A stretch of DNA of 64,000 nt from Prevotella sp. (GTDB lineage Bacteria > Bacteroidota > Bacteroidia > Bacteroidales > Bacteroidaceae), in assembly GCA_045600885.1 (NCBI GenBank), contig JAZRYU010000161.1, positions 12,541 through 76,540 on the forward strand, read 5' to 3'. The notes under the pieces were generated by a model. That model was not told the DNA's origin and did not search any database. It saw only the letters and a list, made by a program, of their open reading frames with translations. Shown piece by piece: positions 27,793 through 37,799 of the stretch; within the stretch, counting starts at the first letter, position 1, and each line of letters opens with the position of its first letter. A program made the translations under genes and the position numbers.

Positions 27793-29100
27793 TTATCTTA
27801 TCTTCAGCGTGATAATCGCTATCGCTGCGAGTATGAGCGTTGTTATCCAGAAGCGGGTTGTAACCTTTGCTTCGTGCCATGCTCCTTTTGGATAATTGAA
27901 GAGATACTTGATCTCTGGATCGAGCTTTGATTGTGGTGTGCGGAAGGCATCGTGTATTGGTGTGCGCTTAAACATACGACGCTTGATACCTTTCTTTGTT
28001 CCTGTCTTTGCGTACCAAACCTGAAGCATTACGCTAAGGCTCTCAACGAAGAAGATTCCGCAAAGGATTGGGAGAAGGAGTTCCTTGTGGATAACAACTG
28101 CCGTTACGCCGATGATACCACCGATGGTAAGACTTCCGGTATCTCCCATGAAGACCTGAGCAGGATATGCATTGTACCAAAGGAAACCTATCAATGCTCC
28201 GATGAACGCACAGAGGAAGACTACCAACTCCTGACTGCCAGGTATGTACATTATGTTGAGATAAGACGCATATTCAATATGGCTGCTCACGTAAGCCAAT
28301 ATGCCGAGCGCCACTCCGATTATAGCCGACGTTCCGGCACACATGCCGTCCATTCCGTCGTTGAGATTTGCTCCGTTGGAAACCGCCGTAACAATGAATA
28401 TAGTCATCAGCACGAAGAAAATCCAAGCGGCAGCACTCTTATAATCGCCCATGAACGAGAAAATCTCCTCATAATCAAGGTTGTTATTCTTGACGAAAGG
28501 GATTGTTGTCTTAAGCGACTTCACTGGCTCTGACTTGTGTATCACGACCTCGTTGCTTGGAACGGTCTCTTCTGACAGGGTTGTAGTAACCGTCGTTGCG
28601 CTCTTTGCCACGGTGACGTTCTCGTTTATCTTTGCGTCAGGACTTGCCCAAAGGATCAGTCCTACGATGAGTCCGATGCTGACCTGACCGACAATCTTAA
28701 ACTTTCCCGGCAGACCTTCCTTATTGTGCTTATAGTTCTTTATGTAATCGTCAAGGAAGCCAAGGAAGCCGAGCCATACCGTAGTAACTATCATTATTAT
28801 TAGATAGATATTACGCAATCTGCCAAGGAGCAATGCCGGTATGAGAATGGCAATGATGATGATGATGCCTCCCATGGAAGGAACGCCTATCTTGTTCACT
28901 CCGAACGGATCAATGTCCGCAGAACGCTGTACCTCGGTAAGGTTCTTGCGCTTCATGTATTTGATGAACTTCTCGCCAAACCATGCGGAAATCACCAAGG
29001 AAAGGATCAACGCCAATATGGCACGGAATGATATGTAGCTCCACATGTGAGAGCCTGAGATGCCAAACTGTTCTAAGAATCGGAATATGTAGTATAACAT
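27793..29100 (-). CDS. mraY: Phospho-MurNAc-pentapeptide transferase
   Basis: PSMGG, LGFLDDY, SNGANLNDGMDG and VFMGDTGSL motifs. Confidence 0.95.
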   Translation of the reverse strand: MLYYIFRFLEQFGISGSHMWSYISFRAILALILSLVISAWFGEKFIKYMKRKNLTEVQRSADIDPFGVNKIGVPSMGGIIIIIAILIPALLLGRLRNIYLIIMIVTTVWLGFLGFLDDYIKNYKHNKEGLPGKFKIVGQVSIGLIVGLILWASPDAKINENVTVAKSATTVTTTLSEETVPSNEVVIHKSEPVKSLKTTIPFVKNNNLDYEEIFSFMGDYKSAAAWIFFVLMTIFIVTAVSNGANLNDGMDGMCAGTSAIIGVALGILAYVSSHIEYASYLNIMYIPGSQELVVFLCAFIGALIGFLWYNAYPAQVFMGDTGSLTIGGIIGVTAVVIHKELLLPILCGIFFVESLSVMLQVWYAKTGTKKGIKRRMFKRTPIHDAFRTPQSKLDPEIKYLFNYPKGAWHEAKVTTRFWITTLILAAIAIITLKIR

Positions 29101-29112
29101 AGAGATATTCTA

Positions 29113-30558
29113 TTAGATGTGCTTTCTAACTTCTTCCTTATCATCAAAGTGATGCTTTACGCCTTTCACTATCTGATAATCTTCATGACCCTTTCCGGCA
29201 ATGAGGATCACATCGCCCTTCTGAGCCATCATGCAGGCTGCCTTGATAGCCTCGCGACGGTCAACGATTGAGATTACCTTCTTCAGCTGCTGCTGGTTTA
29301 GTCCGGCAAGCATGTCATTGATAATATCCTGAGGTTCCTCGTTGCGAGGGTTGTCTGAGGTTATTATCACTCGGTCACTCTGCTTAACAGCTTCTTGTGC
29401 CATCAGCGGACGCTTTGTCTTATCACGATTACCACCGCAACCACAAACGGTTATCACCTGTCCCTTGCCATCAACAACCTCATTGAGGGCTTTCAAGACA
29501 TTCTCAATGGCATCTGGAGTGTGAGCATAATCTACTACGGCTGTCCAACCGTCATTTGAACGGATAGGCTCCATTCGTCCGCTTACGCTCTTCAATGTGC
29601 TGAGAACCACGAGAACTTCCTCCTGAGTCTTGCCGAGCATACGAGCTGCTCCATAGACAGCGAGAAGGTTTGACACATTGTATTTGCCAATGAACTGAAC
29701 ACCAACTTCCTGACCATCTATCTCAAGGTACATTCCTTCGAAGTGACATTCTACGATGCGAGCCTTGTAGTCTGCCATGCGCTGATATGAATATGTCTTC
29801 ACCTCAGCCTTGCAGTTCTGAACCATGAACATGCCGTTCTTGTCGTCAGCATTGGTAATGGCGAAGGAGTCTTTTGGCAGAGTATCAAAGAAGAGCTTCT
29901 TGGCGTCGCGGTAGTTCTCCATCGTCTTGTGGTAATCCAGATGGTCTTGAGTGAGGTTCGTAAACAATCCGCCAACGAATCTCAATCCGCCGATTCTTCG
30001 CTGCTCTATGGCATGACTAGAACATTCCATGAAAGCATACTCGCATCCTGCCTCAACCATTCGGGCAAGAAGCTTGTTGAGCTCTATCGGATCAGGAGTA
30101 GTGTGGCTAGCAGGCACAGCCTCGTCTTCAATATAGTTGCAGACGGTTGAGAGAAGTCCGCACTTATGTCCCATCTGGCGGAACATATTGAAGAGCAGAG
30201 TGGCTATCGTCGTCTTTCCGTTTGTTCCTGTCACTCCGCAGAGTTTCAGTTTTCTGGAAGGATCGCCGTAGAACTGTGTTGCCATCTCGCCAACGATGTC
30301 GCCTGTTGACTTCACCACGACGAAGGTCACTCCTTCTGTGAGTTCAGCAGGCTTTTCCTCGCAGACGATTGTCTTTGCTCCGAGTTCTATTGCCTTGGCA
30401 ATGAATGTATGTCCGTCAACCTGTGTGCCACGCATAGCGACAAACACATGTCCGTCTTCAATCTTGCGGGAATCAATGTTGATGCCCGTTACTTCCTGAT
30501 CTGTAGAACCTACTACTTCTATAGGTTTTACGTTTGTTAGCAGTTGGTTAAGTATCAT
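29113..30558 (-). CDS. murE: UDP-MurNAc-dipeptide--meso-DAP ligase
   Basis: [26 protein letters not shown] (meso-DAP specificity) and AGKGHE motifs. Confidence 0.96.
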   Translation of the reverse strand: MILNQLLTNVKPIEVVGSTDQEVTGINIDSRKIEDGHVFVAMRGTQVDGHTFIAKAIELGAKTIVCEEKPAELTEGVTFVVVKSTGDIVGEMATQFYGDPSRKLKLCGVTGTNGKTTIATLLFNMFRQMGHKCGLLSTVCNYIEDEAVPASHTTPDPIELNKLLARMVEAGCEYAFMECSSHAIEQRRIGGLRFVGGLFTNLTQDHLDYHKTMENYRDAKKLFFDTLPKDSFAITNADDKNGMFMVQNCKAEVKTYSYQRMADYKARIVECHFEGMYLEIDGQEVGVQFIGKYNVSNLLAVYGAARMLGKTQEEVLVVLSTLKSVSGRMEPIRSNDGWTAVVDYAHTPDAIENVLKALNEVVDGKGQVITVCGCGGNRDKTKRPLMAQEAVKQSDRVIITSDNPRNEEPQDIINDMLAGLNQQQLKKVISIVDRREAIKAACMMAQKGDVILIAGKGHEDYQIVKGVKHHFDDKEEVRKHI

Positions 30559-30562
30559 AGTT

Positions 30563-32725
30563 TTAGCCTAACACGATATGGCAGACCATACCTTTTTTAA
30601 TCTTTTCACCGGCAGCAATGCTCTGGCTCTGAACTTTTCCGCGACCTTGCAGCTGAACCTTCATGCCGCAGCTTTCAAGCAGATAGACCGCATCTCGTGC
30701 TCCCATGCCATAAACATCAGGAACGCTGTCTGTAATAGCATTTTCCTTGTTGCTCTTCAGTTCCACAGACTTTGGAGTTGACTTTGCAGCACCCCAGATG
30801 TTTCTGCCGGTTTTCTTATAGCTATTCTGGAAATCGCTGTCTGACTTTATTCCGAGTTCTTCAAGGACATAGCCGGCAGCGTTGATGTTTCCGTTCTTTA
30901 CGTAGGGAGCAGAAGCTTCCTCTGAACCTTCCTCTGCCTCTACGGTATTGTATCTCACACCTTGTGCCATAATGCCTTCAGATACTTCATGGAAGACCTT
31001 TCCGCACATCAGACCACCGGATGCAGCTCCACCCTTCTGGATGCAGACGATGCAGGTGTATTGTGGTGCCTCTGCTGGGAAGAATCCACAGAAAGAGATA
31101 AGGTAGTACTTACCGTTCTTTCTGGTATATCCACCACCGCTTGCCACCTGGGCAGTACCGGTCTTACCAGCTACGGAGAAGAGCTTTGAGCGGGCTTTCT
31201 TTCCCGTTCCATCGTTAACCACGCTGGTCAGCATCTTGGTCATCTTCTCTATTGTCTGAGGCTTTGCTATCTGTTCGCGCATCACCTCTGGTGGGAACTC
31301 CTGAATAACCTCGCCTTCCTTCTCAATGCGCTTCACGAAACGTGGTCGCATCATCTTTCCGCCATTTGCAATGGCATTATAGAAAGTAACTGTTGAGATT
31401 GGTGGTACCTGAGTCTCGTAGCCGATACTCATCCAAGGGAGAGTTGTCAGTGGCCAGTTTGTAAGTTTTCCCTTACCGTTTCTCTCTGGCATACGGATGT
31501 TAGGTTTTGCGTAGCCCTGGAAAGGAAGTTTCAAGTCATCGTGAAGACCCAGTCTATAGAGTCCTTCCACGAATTTCTCAGGATTCTTCTTATAGAAATG
31601 GTCTATGATGTAGCTCACACCGATGTTTGAACTCTTACGCATTGCACCTGCCATTGAGATAGAACCGCAACCGCCAGTCATCCAGTTATGGTCGCGCATC
31701 TTTGCTCCGTACATGTCTCTCACTCCATTTCCGGTATGAACCATGAATGTAGTGTCGCACATGCCATCGTCCAGAGCAACCATCATTGAGGCTGTCTTGA
31801 ATACGGAACCTGGCTCGAGAAGGTCGGTAACAGCGCTGTTCTTTATCTCAGCATAGTTTCCGTCAGCGAGTTTCGCCATATTCACCATAGCCTTTACGTC
31901 GCCGGTCTTTGTCTCCATGACAACCACCACGCCGACGTCACCGTCTATTTCCTTAAGTTCAGAAAGCATTGCACGCTCTGCAATATCCTGAATACCAACG
32001 TCTATAGTCGTTACAAGGTCTGCTCCGTCAACCGGTTCCTTAACGGTAAGGCTGAGATATTTATTCATGACCTTCTGACGATTTACAATACCGTTCTCGC
32101 CTCGTAGGACAGCATCGTAAGTGTATTCCAGACCGCACTTTGCAGAGTCCTTAGCACCATAGAGGTCGCCAATGGTACGTCCTGCGAGTGAACCATGAGG
32201 ATGGCGGCGGGCATTGAACTCCTCTACATGGAAGCCGCCCTTGTTTGCATTGAGGTTGAACACAGGAAGCTGCTGAACCTGAGCGTAAATGTTGTGAGAC
32301 ACACGGCGATTCCAGATCTTCCAGTTTCGCTTCTGCTCATCATGTCCTTCCAAAAACGCTTCCTTGAATTCCTCGAACGAACGCTCTGGGAATATCTCAT
32401 GCAGTCCGCTGCAGATAGTGTCAACGCTTGCCATGAGGAGAGAGTCGTTGCCTGCATCCGTTACTGCCTTGAAGTCCATAAGGAGCAAATATTCCGGCAT
32501 ACTGCTGGCAAGTATTTCGCCTTTGTCGCTGAGGATATTTCCTCTAAGAGGCTTAGTCTCAACACCTTCCTTCTTCAACTTTGACGCAACCTTCGTCCAG
32601 TAGTCGTGCTCAGAAACCATAATATACGCTGCTTTTCCCACGATTACAAAACCGAGGAGAACCATCAGGTACGCTATTGTTTTAAAGCGTGGTAATATCT
32701 TTTTTCTGTCAAATATGCTACTCAT
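30563..32725 (-). CDS. ftsI: Penicillin-binding protein FtsI/PBP3 with C-terminal PASTA domain
   Basis: EPGSVFK (SxxK), SSN and KTGTAQ motifs; C-terminal VPDVYGM...QSIAAG. Confidence 0.92.
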   Translation of the reverse strand: MSSIFDRKKILPRFKTIAYLMVLLGFVIVGKAAYIMVSEHDYWTKVASKLKKEGVETKPLRGNILSDKGEILASSMPEYLLLMDFKAVTDAGNDSLLMASVDTICSGLHEIFPERSFEEFKEAFLEGHDEQKRNWKIWNRRVSHNIYAQVQQLPVFNLNANKGGFHVEEFNARRHPHGSLAGRTIGDLYGAKDSAKCGLEYTYDAVLRGENGIVNRQKVMNKYLSLTVKEPVDGADLVTTIDVGIQDIAERAMLSELKEIDGDVGVVVVMETKTGDVKAMVNMAKLADGNYAEIKNSAVTDLLEPGSVFKTASMMVALDDGMCDTTFMVHTGNGVRDMYGAKMRDHNWMTGGCGSISMAGAMRKSSNIGVSYIIDHFYKKNPEKFVEGLYRLGLHDDLKLPFQGYAKPNIRMPERNGKGKLTNWPLTTLPWMSIGYETQVPPISTVTFYNAIANGGKMMRPRFVKRIEKEGEVIQEFPPEVMREQIAKPQTIEKMTKMLTSVVNDGTGKKARSKLFSVAGKTGTAQVASGGGYTRKNGKYYLISFCGFFPAEAPQYTCIVCIQKGGAASGGLMCGKVFHEVSEGIMAQGVRYNTVEAEEGSEEASAPYVKNGNINAAGYVLEELGIKSDSDFQNSYKKTGRNIWGAAKSTPKSVELKSNKENAITDSVPDVYGMGARDAVYLLESCGMKVQLQGRGKVQSQSIAAGEKIKKGMVCHIVLG

Positions 32726-32792
32726 TTCAATTCGTTTCGTTTTAAAAGAACTTTCAGTCTTCGTTTCTTATTGTTGTTTGCGTAATTTCTTT

Positions 32793-33191
32793 CTACTCTT
32801 CCGGAATCTGAATCTCGTACGGTGGATGGTTTGAAGCATGAACCGCGCTGTCGGGTCCGTTCTTCAGCATTTGCAGTACATTTGATTCTCGGGATTTCTC
32901 TATAAGCTGACTTTGTGCTGCACTTGCCTTATATCTGGCGTCCCGCAGTTCGGTCTTCAGATTGTCTATCTTAATGAGGTCCTGTTGAACATTGTAACGC
33001 ATTGCTACATAGATTATTACGAAGACAACAATCAGCAGGATAACCCACATCTGCGCTCGAACGCCTTCCGTGGTAAAGAAGTCGCCTGCCAGAATCTTTT
33101 TCAGCGATTGCGTTGCCGCATTAGGACGTTCGTCCTCACGCGCTTGCGATCTGATCGCATCCTGAAGTGTTGGTTTGTTGTCTTGTTCCAT
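32793..33191 (-). CDS. ftsL: FtsL-like cell division protein
   Basis: Single transmembrane helix followed by a coiled coil; lies between rsmH and ftsI. Confidence 0.75.
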   Translation of the reverse strand: MEQDNKPTLQDAIRSQAREDERPNAATQSLKKILAGDFFTTEGVRAQMWVILLIVVFVIIYVAMRYNVQQDLIKIDNLKTELRDARYKASAAQSQLIEKSRESNVLQMLKNGPDSAVHASNHPPYEIQIPEE

Positions 33192-33225
33192 GTTCTGTTA
33201 TTGGTGGTAATTTCTCTACCTGTAT

Positions 33226-34152
33226 TTATTCCTTGACAGCTACGCGCAACTTGGCGCTTCTGCTTCTCGGATTGCGTTCTTGTTCTTCTGCCGATGGCAG
33301 TATTGGTTTTCTATTCACGGCTTTCAGTGGGGCTTCCACTCTGCCGAAGAGGTCTTGTTTCAGCTTGCCTTCCGCGTTTCCTGTCTTGATGAAGTTCTTC
33401 ACGATTCTGTCCTCAAGGCTGTGGTAAGTTATCACCGACAATCTGCCTCCAGGCTTCAGCACCTTTATCGCCGCTTCCAGCATTTCCGTAAGTGCATCCA
33501 TCTCGTGGTTCACTTCTATACGCAGTGCCTGAAACACTTTCGCCATCTCTTTTTTGGCTCTTTCGCGAGGCAGACATTGCTCGCAAGTCTTCACCAGGTC
33601 TCCCGTCGTCTTGTACGGTTGCTGCATACGCTGTTTCACTATGAGCGAAGCAAGTTTCCTTGACTGCTTAACCTCGCCGTATATATAAATAATGTTCGCG
33701 AGGCGCTCTTCGTCATATTCATTGAGAATGTCTGCGGCTGTTTTTCCTCCACGTTTATTCATTCTCATGTCTATCGGCGAATCAAATCGGAACGAGAAAC
33801 CGCGTGAGTCGTCGTCGAGATGATGACTCGAAACGCCGAGGTCTGCCAAAATTCCGTCAACCTGCGGATTCTCTTCTTCAGCATCAAGCTCGCCATAGAA
33901 TCTCATCCAGTTTCTTAGATAGCGGAAGTTCGAGGCTATGAACTGGAATCGGGGCGAGGGATTTGAGTTTGCCACAGCATCCTTATCCTGGTCGAAACTG
34001 TAAAGTTTACCTCCTTTAAGTCTGTTGAGGATTTCCTTCGAGTGACCTCCACCGCCGAACGTCACGTCCACATAGACGCCTCCGTCCTTTATGTCAAGAC
34101 CTTCAAGGCTCTCGTTGAGGAGCACCGGTACATGATAGACTGTATCAACCAT
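33226..34152 (-). CDS. rsmH: 16S rRNA m4C1402 methyltransferase
   Basis: YHVPVLL, DVTFGGGGHS, DLGVSS, ITYHSLEDR and NPRSRSAKLR motifs. Confidence 0.96.
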   Translation of the reverse strand: MVDTVYHVPVLLNESLEGLDIKDGGVYVDVTFGGGGHSKEILNRLKGGKLYSFDQDKDAVANSNPSPRFQFIASNFRYLRNWMRFYGELDAEEENPQVDGILADLGVSSHHLDDDSRGFSFRFDSPIDMRMNKRGGKTAADILNEYDEERLANIIYIYGEVKQSRKLASLIVKQRMQQPYKTTGDLVKTCEQCLPRERAKKEMAKVFQALRIEVNHEMDALTEMLEAAIKVLKPGGRLSVITYHSLEDRIVKNFIKTGNAEGKLKQDLFGRVEAPLKAVNRKPILPSAEEQERNPRSRSAKLRVAVKE

Positions 34153-34600
34153 TGGCATTCCCCCCACTCATCATCTGCTGCAAAGATTTTGGATAATCCT
34201 CGTCTTCTCCCACAGCATCCTGTTTCTCTGAACTCCAGATTTCAATCACATTATCGACACCGATGAAGTTTACGGACTGAATGAGATCTGCCACCTCCAG
34301 CAGTTTCTTCGGAATGAGGAAACGACCGTTACCGTCAAGTTTCACCTCTTCCACGTTCTTTACGAACGTACGGAAAACACTTCTGTCCTGACGATTGAAC
34401 GGATTCATGGAAGCACGAAGCTTGTCAACCTGCTCGTCCCAGACACTGCCAGGGAAGATGGTGAGACAATCCTCAAAATCATCCTTGCGCAGATAGAGCA
34501 CATCCTCCTGAGCCAGCTCCAGCACCTTTCTGAATGCTGAAGGGAGAAAAACGCGTCCCTTTGCGTCAAGTTTTGCTTCTATGTTTCCGGTAAATCTCAT
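34145..34600 (-). CDS. mraZ: Transcriptional regulator MraZ
   Basis: Two DxxGR repeats (LDAKGRV, LDGNGRF); first gene of the dcw cluster. Confidence 0.95.
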   Translation of the reverse strand: MRFTGNIEAKLDAKGRVFLPSAFRKVLELAQEDVLYLRKDDFEDCLTIFPGSVWDEQVDKLRASMNPFNRQDRSVFRTFVKNVEEVKLDGNGRFLIPKKLLEVADLIQSVNFIGVDNVIEIWSSEKQDAVGEDEDYPKSLQQMMSGGNANG

Positions 34601-34642
34601 TTACTTTGTAAATCTTAGTGATGTTTTTAATGATTTTGCCTA

Positions 34643-34685
34643 CAAAATTAGGAATTTTTCTCCACACTCCCCCACTTTACTCCAC
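34643..34685 (-). promoter_or_regulatory. dcw promoter -7 box (TAATTTTG) with three MraZ-type GTGG(A/G) direct repeats at 10-bp spacing
   Basis: Plus strand caaaatta at 34643-34650; (T/C)CCAC at 34661, 34671 and 34681. Confidence 0.75.
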
Positions 34686-34799
34686 TTTATTTACTTTTTT
34701 ATTGATTTTCCTTAAAAAAATCACCCCTTCTCCCATTCTCCAATCCCCACATTCCATTTGTTTATATTTGAAAAACAGAAGCAGAAATGATCAATTATC

Positions 34800-34849
34800 C
34801 CTAAGGAATATTTTTATTTCCCTAAGGATTAGCGAGCATAAACCTTAGG
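34800..34849. repeat. Phased CCTWAGG array, copy B
   Basis: CCTAAGG (34800), CCTAAGG (34821) and CCTTAGG (34843), at periods of 21 and 22 bp. Confidence 0.75.
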
Positions 34850-34872
34850 AAAACTGAACGGAAATGGCTTTT

Positions 34873-35079
34873 ACTCGTCACCCATCACAAACCACCGATA
34901 ACCTCCTGATAATCAGTATATTAACACCGTGACGAGTCGTTAACGACTCGTCACAACTCATCACAACTCGTCACACTTTCATTTTATCGCATAAAATGTG
35001 ACGAGACTCATCACACACTCATCACACTATATACCACTGATTATCAGAATGTTACAGCGATTTGTGACGAGTGATGAGT
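34873..35079. repeat. Symmetric iterated-motif element X (ACTCRTCAC)
   Basis: About 10-11 ACTCRTCAC copies in both orientations; 19-bp terminal inverted repeats (16/19 match); CTGAnnnTCAG at 34906 and 35037; perfect 26-bp palindrome at 34929-34954. Confidence 0.8.
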
Positions 35080-35184
35080 TTTTTAATTTCTTCCGCAAAA
35101 GATTTATTTTTCCTTTTTTGTTTCTCATTTCCGAATAAATTACTAACTTTGCAGCATTCTAAAACATTTACTATCCTCTGTAGA

Positions 35185-37698
35185 ATGAAAAAAATCCTTA
35201 GCGCGCTGCTACTTGCCAGTGCTTTCACCTCTGCTTCTGCACAAAGTCAGAAGATAGAAAGTTTCCGTTACGCAGGACCTTACGTCATGACTCAACCAGC
35301 CATGATTGACTCCGTAACTGTTGACAATAAGAAGTTTGACCAGAAATCATTGCTTTCCTCTGCTCTCAACCTTGAGATTGCCAAGAAAGCGACTCAAAGC
35401 GTTGACTCCGTTCTTCCGACTAACAAAGGTGAAGTTCCTACCCTCAACCTCCTTTACACCACGATTTCCAACACTTCATTTGCCAAGGCAAAGATAAACA
35501 TCAGCAAACTGAAGAACTACAAACTCTTCGTGGACGACAAGGAACAGTCTGCCGACACAGAATTATCCCTTTCTCCACGCACTCATGAGGTCGTAATAAA
35601 GTATCTCTCCATGCCTAACGAGGCTGACACTGCCATAGTAAGCATCGAGTCTAAGAGCGACATAACCATTGCTCCATCGGCAAAAGAAGTTTCCGGTCAA
35701 GGAAGTGCAACCTACTTTGCCGAAGCTGGCGTGAAAGCTAAGGGTACATCATACATCAGGCCTTCCAACGACGGACTTTATTACATCCAGATTGACCGCC
35801 AGCGTTTCCCAGACAACAGCACCGTCTGGACCTACATTCTCAAGGAGACAAAGAGCAATCGCGTCATCCTTTCTACCACAAAATCAATCAGTTGGACTCC
35901 TTCCGAACTCCACACTTTCTACAAATACAACGACACAAAAGAAGGCAAGCAGCTGATCTTCGTTGACGCAAAAACACTTCAAGAAACTATCGTCTGCAAG
36001 AAGATGCCAAAGGACCGTGCCACCATCCTGCCAAATCACAAGCAGGCTTTAATCTCAAAGCGCATAGAGGGTCCTAAAGCCGACGACAATAAGCACCTCT
36101 ATCTTCACCCGGAAGACCGTGTGCCTGGTTGGAGAGACCGTACGCAGCTTGAACTTTTCGACTTTGAAACAGGTCTGACCACTCCGATAACCTACGGAAA
36201 CCGTGCCCTATGGCTAAATGACATCAGTAGTGACAGCAGATACATTATTCTCGCAGTGAATACAGAAGACATTGAGACTATGCGTCCAACGTCTTACTCT
36301 ACGCTTCTCCGTCTCGACCTTCAGACAATGAAGACTGACACGCTGATTGCCAAGGACGGATTCCTCGCTGGATCAGCCATCTCACCTGACGGCAAGAAAC
36401 TTGCCATAAAAGCATCTCCAGAGTTCGGCGATCGCATAGGCTGCGTACTGCCAAAGGACAAGTATCCTAACATGTATGACTACCAGCTCTACATCCTTGA
36501 CATCGACAAGGCTATTGAAAAAGAGCAGGGAGCTATTGTACCTGTGACAAAGAACTTCAATCCTTCTATTGAGGAATACGAGTGGAGCAATTACGACAAC
36601 AACATCTATTTCTCTGCTCAAGATAAGGATTACATCCGTCTCTATCAGCTTGATACTAAGACAAATAAGATTAAGCAGGTTGACATTCCTTCTGATTGCA
36701 TCAACAGCTTCTATCTTGCAGACAACGCTCCTCTCATCGGCATAGGCGCATCGGGTATCGTTGACTTCGGAAAGACTTACTGGTTGAACACAAAGACGCT
36801 GAAAACCACTCTCATAGAGGATATTCACAAGCGCGAGCTTTCAGACTATGCCATGGCTACTTGCCACGACTTCAATTTCACAAACTCTAACGGCGACGAG
36901 ATAACCGGCTGTTACCTGTTGCCTCCTGGTTTTGATGAGCAGAAAGCAGAAAAGGGCAAGTATCCGCTCCTTGTTTATTACTATGGAGGATGCTCACCTG
37001 TAAGTCGCTATTTCTCAACGTCTTACTCATTCCCTGCACTTGCTTCACAAGGCTACATCGTTTATATCCTGCAGCCACGTGGCTGCTCTGGTTTCGGTCA
37101 GGAATTTGCCTCATGGCACAGCAACACCGCCGGTGATCCTCAGACACAGGACATCATCGAAGGCACCAAGGCTTTCTGCGCTGCTCATCCTTATGTAAAC
37201 GAGAAGAAGATGGGTAGTTTCGGTGCTTCTTACGGTGGTTTCATGACAATGTATCTGCAGACAAAGACTGATATGTTCTCTGCCGCTTGGAGTCATGCCG
37301 GTATCTCCAACCATGCCTCTTACTGGGGATTCGGCTATTGGGGCTACACTTACTCTCAGGTAAGTATGCCAGGAACATATCCTTGGGCAAACAAGGAACT
37401 TTATGTTGACCGTTCTCCTCTCTTCAATGTACAGAAGATTAAGACTCCTCTGCTTTTCACACACGGTACTGACGACCGCAACGTACCGCCTATTGAGAGT
37501 TCGCAGATGTTCACCGCCCTCCGTCTTCTTGGACAGCCAACAGCTTACGTGACTTTCCAGCAGGAAGGTCATCACGTAGAAAACTACTCACGACTGATGA
37601 ATTGGCAAAACACGTTCATGGCGTGGTTTGCTAAGTGGCTGAAAGACGACGGTGAATGGTGGGACGAGATGTACCCGGAAACCAAGAAGAAAATGTAA
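35185..37698 (+). CDS. S9 family (prolyl oligopeptidase-like) peptidase, exported
   Basis: Signal peptide MKKILSALLLASAFTSASA; beta-propeller region; GASYGG nucleophile, HGTDDRNV and EGHH. A -7 box TAACTTTG lies at 35144-35151. Confidence 0.9.
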   Translation: MKKILSALLLASAFTSASAQSQKIESFRYAGPYVMTQPAMIDSVTVDNKKFDQKSLLSSALNLEIAKKATQSVDSVLPTNKGEVPTLNLLYTTISNTSFAKAKINISKLKNYKLFVDDKEQSADTELSLSPRTHEVVIKYLSMPNEADTAIVSIESKSDITIAPSAKEVSGQGSATYFAEAGVKAKGTSYIRPSNDGLYYIQIDRQRFPDNSTVWTYILKETKSNRVILSTTKSISWTPSELHTFYKYNDTKEGKQLIFVDAKTLQETIVCKKMPKDRATILPNHKQALISKRIEGPKADDNKHLYLHPEDRVPGWRDRTQLELFDFETGLTTPITYGNRALWLNDISSDSRYIILAVNTEDIETMRPTSYSTLLRLDLQTMKTDTLIAKDGFLAGSAISPDGKKLAIKASPEFGDRIGCVLPKDKYPNMYDYQLYILDIDKAIEKEQGAIVPVTKNFNPSIEEYEWSNYDNNIYFSAQDKDYIRLYQLDTKTNKIKQVDIPSDCINSFYLADNAPLIGIGASGIVDFGKTYWLNTKTLKTTLIEDIHKRELSDYAMATCHDFNFTNSNGDEITGCYLLPPGFDEQKAEKGKYPLLVYYYGGCSPVSRYFSTSYSFPALASQGYIVYILQPRGCSGFGQEFASWHSNTAGDPQTQDIIEGTKAFCAAHPYVNEKKMGSFGASYGGFMTMYLQTKTDMFSAAWSHAGISNHASYWGFGYWGYTYSQVSMPGTYPWANKELYVDRSPLFNVQKIKTPLLFTHGTDDRNVPPIESSQMFTALRLLGQPTAYVTFQQEGHHVENYSRLMNWQNTFMAWFAKWLKDDGEWWDEMYPETKKKM

Positions 37699-37735
37699 TA
37701 ATTTACAATTTAGCTGCGCGCACAGTTTCCAATAA

Positions 37736-37790
37736 TCCCGCAAGACATATCCCTCCCCGTCCTGTAAGGAAGGGGCAGAGGGAAGGTCTG
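37736..37790. repeat. C/G-rich REP-like hairpin, homologous to the right unit of 13106-13283
   Basis: tcccgcaagacatatccctccccgtcc...ggaaggggc here, versus tcccgcaaaacatatcactccccctcc...ggagggggc at 13222. Confidence 0.65.
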
Positions 37791-37799
37791 CTGGGATTC

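Noticed and set aside
34800-35079. Possible CRISPR array
   Set aside because: Repeats are 7-9 bp, occur in both orientations, lack 30-40-bp unique spacers, and no cas genes are present.
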